From assembly GCF_009914755.1 (NCBI RefSeq), contig NC_060925.1: 64,000 bases of DNA; one strand, written 5' to 3'. The notes beneath the pieces are model-generated. The model was given only the letters and a program-made list of their open reading frames with translations, made no database searches and was not told where the DNA came from. Positions within the stretch are counted from its first letter, which is position 1, and each line of letters opens with the position of its first letter. Below, piece by piece: positions 58,101 through 64,000 of this stretch. The stretch is from the human T2T-CHM13v2.0 reference genome, Homo sapiens. The position numbers and the translations under genes were made by a program.

Positions 58101-61100
58101 TAAAAAAGCCCGCTTTACTTTCTCTCTGGAATGCTTCCCCACACCTTGCCCCCTTCCTGTGGATAATTCCTGCTTATCTTTCCCACTGGGGTCCACTGTG
58201 GCATCCCACAACTCAAGTTGTCTCTGTCTTATCTTTCTCATAATTAATATATACACTCATTAAATCATTCTATATATGTTAAGTTCCTATGATGTGCCAG
58301 GCATGATTCCAAGTACTGAGGAAGAAGTTGTGAAAATAAAGCAAGGGACTTCCCTCAGGCAGCTCACCATCACCATTTATTGTCCTTTCCTAACATTTTA
58401 CACACATTATAGTTTAATATCGTCTGCTTATCACCTATAAGCTTCATGAGAAAATGGATGGTGTTTGTTTTGTGTACTGTTCAAATCCCAGCACTTATTA
58501 CAGTGGTCACAACATAGTTGACATTCAGTAAGTATATATTAAATGAATCTACATCTGTCTGTATTTATTATTTTATTTTATGTATGTTATGTGTGTGTGT
58601 ATATATACATATACACACACATATATATACGTATATATATGTGTGTGTATATGTATGTATATTCCAGATTATTGGAAACTGGTCACAATCACGCATCAAA
58701 AAATATGTTTTTTTCAGTTTGACTATGAATTTTTTCTCACCCAGGCACAGTCTGAAATCCATCATGACGAACTGTCACTAAGAAATAGAGAGCACTTCAT
58801 TTCCTATTCAGGAAAAATTCCAGTTCTCATTTTCACCTTTGACAAAGAGAGTTCATTTTTATTTTCCTCTCCAGGGATTAGAAAGTTTGGAACCAGGTGG
58901 CACTCTTGTGGGCATCCTGAAATGACACTGGCTGCTGTCCATTAGGAAGGCTGTGGTGAGGCCTTGCTATCAGTGCAGATGACAGGGCTGGAAGGAACTG
59001 AAGTCAAGAGTTAGTCTTTTCGGGCCACTGAAACAAAAGCATTTCCTTTCACTGGGAGGATTTTTGGAAGAACAAAGAATTTGAGATCTTTCAAACTGTC
59101 CAAAATGCCTATTTGATATATCTACTTTGAATGGATGCCTGGAACTGCTCTGTTTGCTTCTGTAATAACATCATGCATCAATCTCCTGGCTACCAAGAAG
59201 TACAAAGCATTTTACAAGGATAAAGCCAGAAAGTCTTATAACACAAACTATTCATAAGCAACAGATTCTCTAGAACTGAAATGACCTCTCATCCTCTTGG
59301 GCCCTGTGGTATGTTAGTATCACTTTAGTGTAAACATTCTCAGATGTTAGGGAGAATATCTAAGTAATTTGTGATCTACACACACCTCCTTAGAATATGT
59401 TTAGTTCTACTCTGGAGAGGGATAGGTAGGATGGGGAGGAGAAAGCCATATTTATCACTTACCACTCCAACTTACCTCATCATTACAAAACATCAATGCC
59501 AAGGTGAAATACTGTTACTGAGTTATGCCGGAGGCATGCTCTCTGACATCTTGATGTAGGAAAAAGTTGAGAGTCAGCTTTAGTGGAATGATCTTACCAT
59601 AAACAGATATTTTATTGGTGGCCAGTCATTTCAGTTAATGAGAGTGGCGCCCTACTTCCTTCTCAACCTAATCCAGTTATGTGTTTCTGGACACAGGAAC
59701 TGTTCCATGGACAGCTCCCATGAATCCAGCCAGTCATTTAAAAAGTTAATTCAAGATCAGAAGAACTGGACACAATAAAAAATTCGGGTAATTCCATGCC
59801 CTCCATTAGCACATTGGACCAGCAGGGTAGTGTCATGTCTGAATATAAAGGATAGGACATATGTATCAATCATTTCATCTGGGCTGACCTCCTTTGAGAA
59901 CATTATGTCTGTTCTTATTCTACATAGTAAAGATAGATAACTCAGTATTTAAAAATAGGATTCCAAAAGACCATTTCCTTGGGGACACTTAAATTAGAGA
60001 TCATAATGAGAACCTGGGGAGGTGACAGGAAGTGGTGATACCCTGAGTTCCCCTACGTCCTCCAAAAAAGATGCATCCATTGCTTTCCAGTGAATGGGCT
60101 TAGGAGAAAGAACAGCTTTGAAATAGGGAGAATCAAGAAGTTTGCTTGTAGCCATGCTGGGAAGATGGTAGGATGATGCAAATAAGTTTTAAGGACAGAT
60201 GGAATCTACAATTAAGGTTTGGACAGCTTGGGAAGTATATTAGTTATCTATTGCCACCTAAAAAATTAGCCCAGAATATAATGGCTGAAAACAACAAGTT
60301 TATGTGAGTTAGGAATTGGGGAGCAGTTTAATTGGGTGGTTCTGACTCATGAGACTCATGAATTCCAGGAGGCAGGATTATTGGGGCTGTCTTAGATATG
60401 CCCTTTGCCAGCCTAGAAGAGTGTAGAAAAAGCTGAGCTTCAGTAAGCATCAAAACTGCCTTTATCAACAGGATAAAGAAATGGGTTGAAACAAGTATTA
60501 GACAAGTAGAGGCCCAGAGTCTTAGGGAACTTTCTGAAAGGAGGGAAGCATATGCAGAATAAGTACAAGGTGGTTTAAAGCTCAGATGCAGACTATGTGA
60601 GAGAACTTAGAAAACTGTCTTTCTCATCCAGAAGCCTAGAGTCTAAGGTGTGAACCAGGAGGACCAGGTTGGTTGTAGACTGCTATAAACACTTCCGCCA
60701 GAACATGAACTGGGAATGTCCACTGCGGGTGACCCTGGATGCTCACTGCAGGAGGGAGTGCATCTCTTACTAGGCAGGGAAGCAGGTTTTGAGAGGGAGT
60801 GAACTAAATCTGGTGTCAGCACCAACTCAAATCAGCCAGTTGAGAGCTCAAAAGGAAGTATGGCTTTAAAACAGAATATATCGTCTAAAAGGTTTGAAAT
60901 TTAATTTTAGAAAGCCCTTTAATGGCATCTATTCTACAGCACCTATGTTGGAGGGGGTATATGAGAGTAGAAGGAGGAGGAGTGGAGTATCCTGATGGCT
61001 TCACCAGCCATGTCAATATTTGGTTACAGTTCAGATCAAGTGAGACTTAGAAAAACATCCTTCTATATTCCTGTATCATTTTGCTTTCCTATCTATCCAT

Positions 61101-61331
61101 TGGTTGATCAATCCATGTATTCATCAATCCATGCATTCATCCAATGTTTATTGATCATTTACTTTGTGCCTTGATTCTCTAAAGAAACAATAAAAACTGT
61201 TGGATTTTCAATTTATAAAATCGTGTGTTTTCCAAAAGTCATTAGCACACTATTCTGTTTCTGGAGTATATTATCACACTAATCAAGGAAAAGGGAACTA
61301 ATATTTACTGAGGCTCAAAATCACACAATTA

Positions 61332-61709
<378 letters not shown>

Positions 61710-61937
61710 TTACCTTTAAATAATTTATCTTTTCTTAATTCAGTAGCTTTCTCTCCTGACCTGCACTGGTTATTACTTCTTTTGAGAATACTATCATTGC
61801 TCCCAAGCAGACCTAAAATAATCCAAGAAAATTACATTAAAATATCGCCGTATCTTTTAAAAAAGTTAGACATAAGCACCCTTTTATGAACATTTATATT
61901 TGGTCTCACAGTATAATCATAAGAATTCCTATTAGAA

Positions 61938-62076
61938 GCCAGGCAAGGTGGCTCATGTCCATAATCCGAGCAACTTTGGAGGCTAAAGCAGGAGGATCAC
62001 TTGAGGCCAGGAGTTTGATACCAGCCTGGGCAACATAGCGAGACCCCGTCTCTACAGAAAATTAAAAGAAAAAAAA
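61938..62076 (+). mobile_element. Alu monomer (FLAM)
   Basis: Single left arm; tcctattaga at both flanks. Confidence 0.85.
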
Positions 62077-62279
62077 GGACTCCTATTAGATTATGGGCAC
62101 TTCAGCACAGTTTTTTGTGTGTGTACAAACAACAAACATTTTAAAACAACAGAAAATTGATTATCATGTAATTTTCCATACATAATACATACTATCATAG
62201 CATAAGCATAGAAGAAGTACAAGTAAGATTATCTACATGGTTATGAGCTGAAATTTGAATTCATATATCCAAAATATAT

Positions 62280-62642
62280 AAATTTTGTCTCCCCAAAATT
62301 CATATGTTGAAGTCCTAACCCCCAATACCTCAGAATGTGACTTTATTTGGAAACAGTGTTTTTAAAGAGGCAGTTAAAATGGTCATTAGGGTGGGCCCTG
62401 ATCCAATATGACTGGTGTCCTCATGAGAAGAGGAAACTAGCACACAGACACATACAAAGGAAGGACCCTGTGAAGACGTGAGAAGAAGATGAAGACAAGG
62501 ACAGAGGCCTCAGGAGAAACCAGCCCTGCCGAAATACTGATCTCAGAATTCTGGACTCCAAAACTGTGAGAAAATAAATTTCTGTGGTTTAAGAACCACC
62601 CAATCTACAGTGCTTTGTTACTGTGGCCCTAGCAAACTAATT
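62280..62642 (+). mobile_element. MLT1B/C-type MaLR LTR
   Basis: ccccaaaattcatatgttgaagtcctaacccccaatacctcagaatgtgac ... gccctagcaaactaa. Confidence 0.85.
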
Positions 62643-62912
62643 TTACAGATGAGGGGATTTGAGGTCAGATAAATAAAATGACTTGCACAGGCAGGTGGCA
62701 CTATCAGGATCACATGTAGGCCCCTCTGACCACGAAGTCATCTCCCACCCCTGGCCCCGCACCCCTACCAGATGTTCCAGGGAAATAATAAATATTAACC
62801 AGCGCTTTCCCCTAAAGAAATCTCCACAGCCTTCCCAGGTTTGCACAGCAGTTGCCTCCCTGCTCATTTCTGGCCTCTGAACTCCCACTGTTGGCTTAGA
62901 ATTTATCGCCTT

Positions 62913-63251
<339 letters not shown>

Positions 63252-63518
63252 TCACTCATGATTTAGAGGACTCGAGAATATTTTTCTTTCTAAAGCAGAA
63301 ACAAGATATTTTAATATTTTTTAAAAGGAAATAGATGACTACAGTTTCATTATTAGTCAAAGCCAAGCCCTTGTCCCTTTTGTTCTAGTAAGCTTGGAAC
63401 ACACGTGCGCCTTATCAGGCAAAACTAACTCCAGGCAGTCTGTTTACCGACACAACCAGATCCAGTGGGTGTGCTGGACAAAGAAAACCGGACTGTTTGG
63501 TTCAGAGCTGTGTCCTGA

Positions 63519-63844
<326 letters not shown>

Positions 63845-64000
63845 TTGTTTTCCACCGTAGTTGCGACTTCTTTCACTGAAATCCAACCCAGCACCAGAAA
63901 CTAACGAAACAATTCTTTGGCAAATAGGCAGAGCCTGGTGCCCTTACAATAGGGTGGCTACAGTGCCATGTCAGATTTTTTACTGGCCACACTGTAAACA

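Overview
Primate (human-like) repeat-dense genomic DNA with no recognisable host protein-coding exon, tRNA, rRNA or CpG-island promoter. Nearly all ORF-track hits are translations of Alu, L1, LTR or microsatellite sequence. Main landmarks: (1) an Alu fused to a 5'-truncated L1PA inside one target-site duplication (TSD) at 2856-5050; (2) an internally deleted HERV-H provirus on the minus strand (18794-24587) with LTR7B-type LTRs, a Phe-like primer-binding site and a truncated 5' LTR; (3) a ferritin heavy chain (FTH1) processed pseudogene with a twin-priming inversion and 19-bp TSD (29180-29792); (4) a polyadenylated, TSD-flanked LTR fragment that looks L1-mobilised (32058-32218); (5) a degenerate MER4-group ERV1 (about 39960-48548); (6) an L1PA2/3 with its 5'UTR intron precisely spliced out (SpIRE 97/622 type, 49208-54743). 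The rest is Alus, MaLR/MER21/MER41 LTRs, DNA-transposon fossils and old L1/L2 pieces. I see no evidence for a new multi-gene biological system. The interest lies in several unusually clear retrotransposition by-products; all belong to known classes, though these individual copies may be unannotated. Subfamily names come from recalled consensus sequences and need RepeatMasker/Dfam confirmation. Boundaries of old repeats are approximate.
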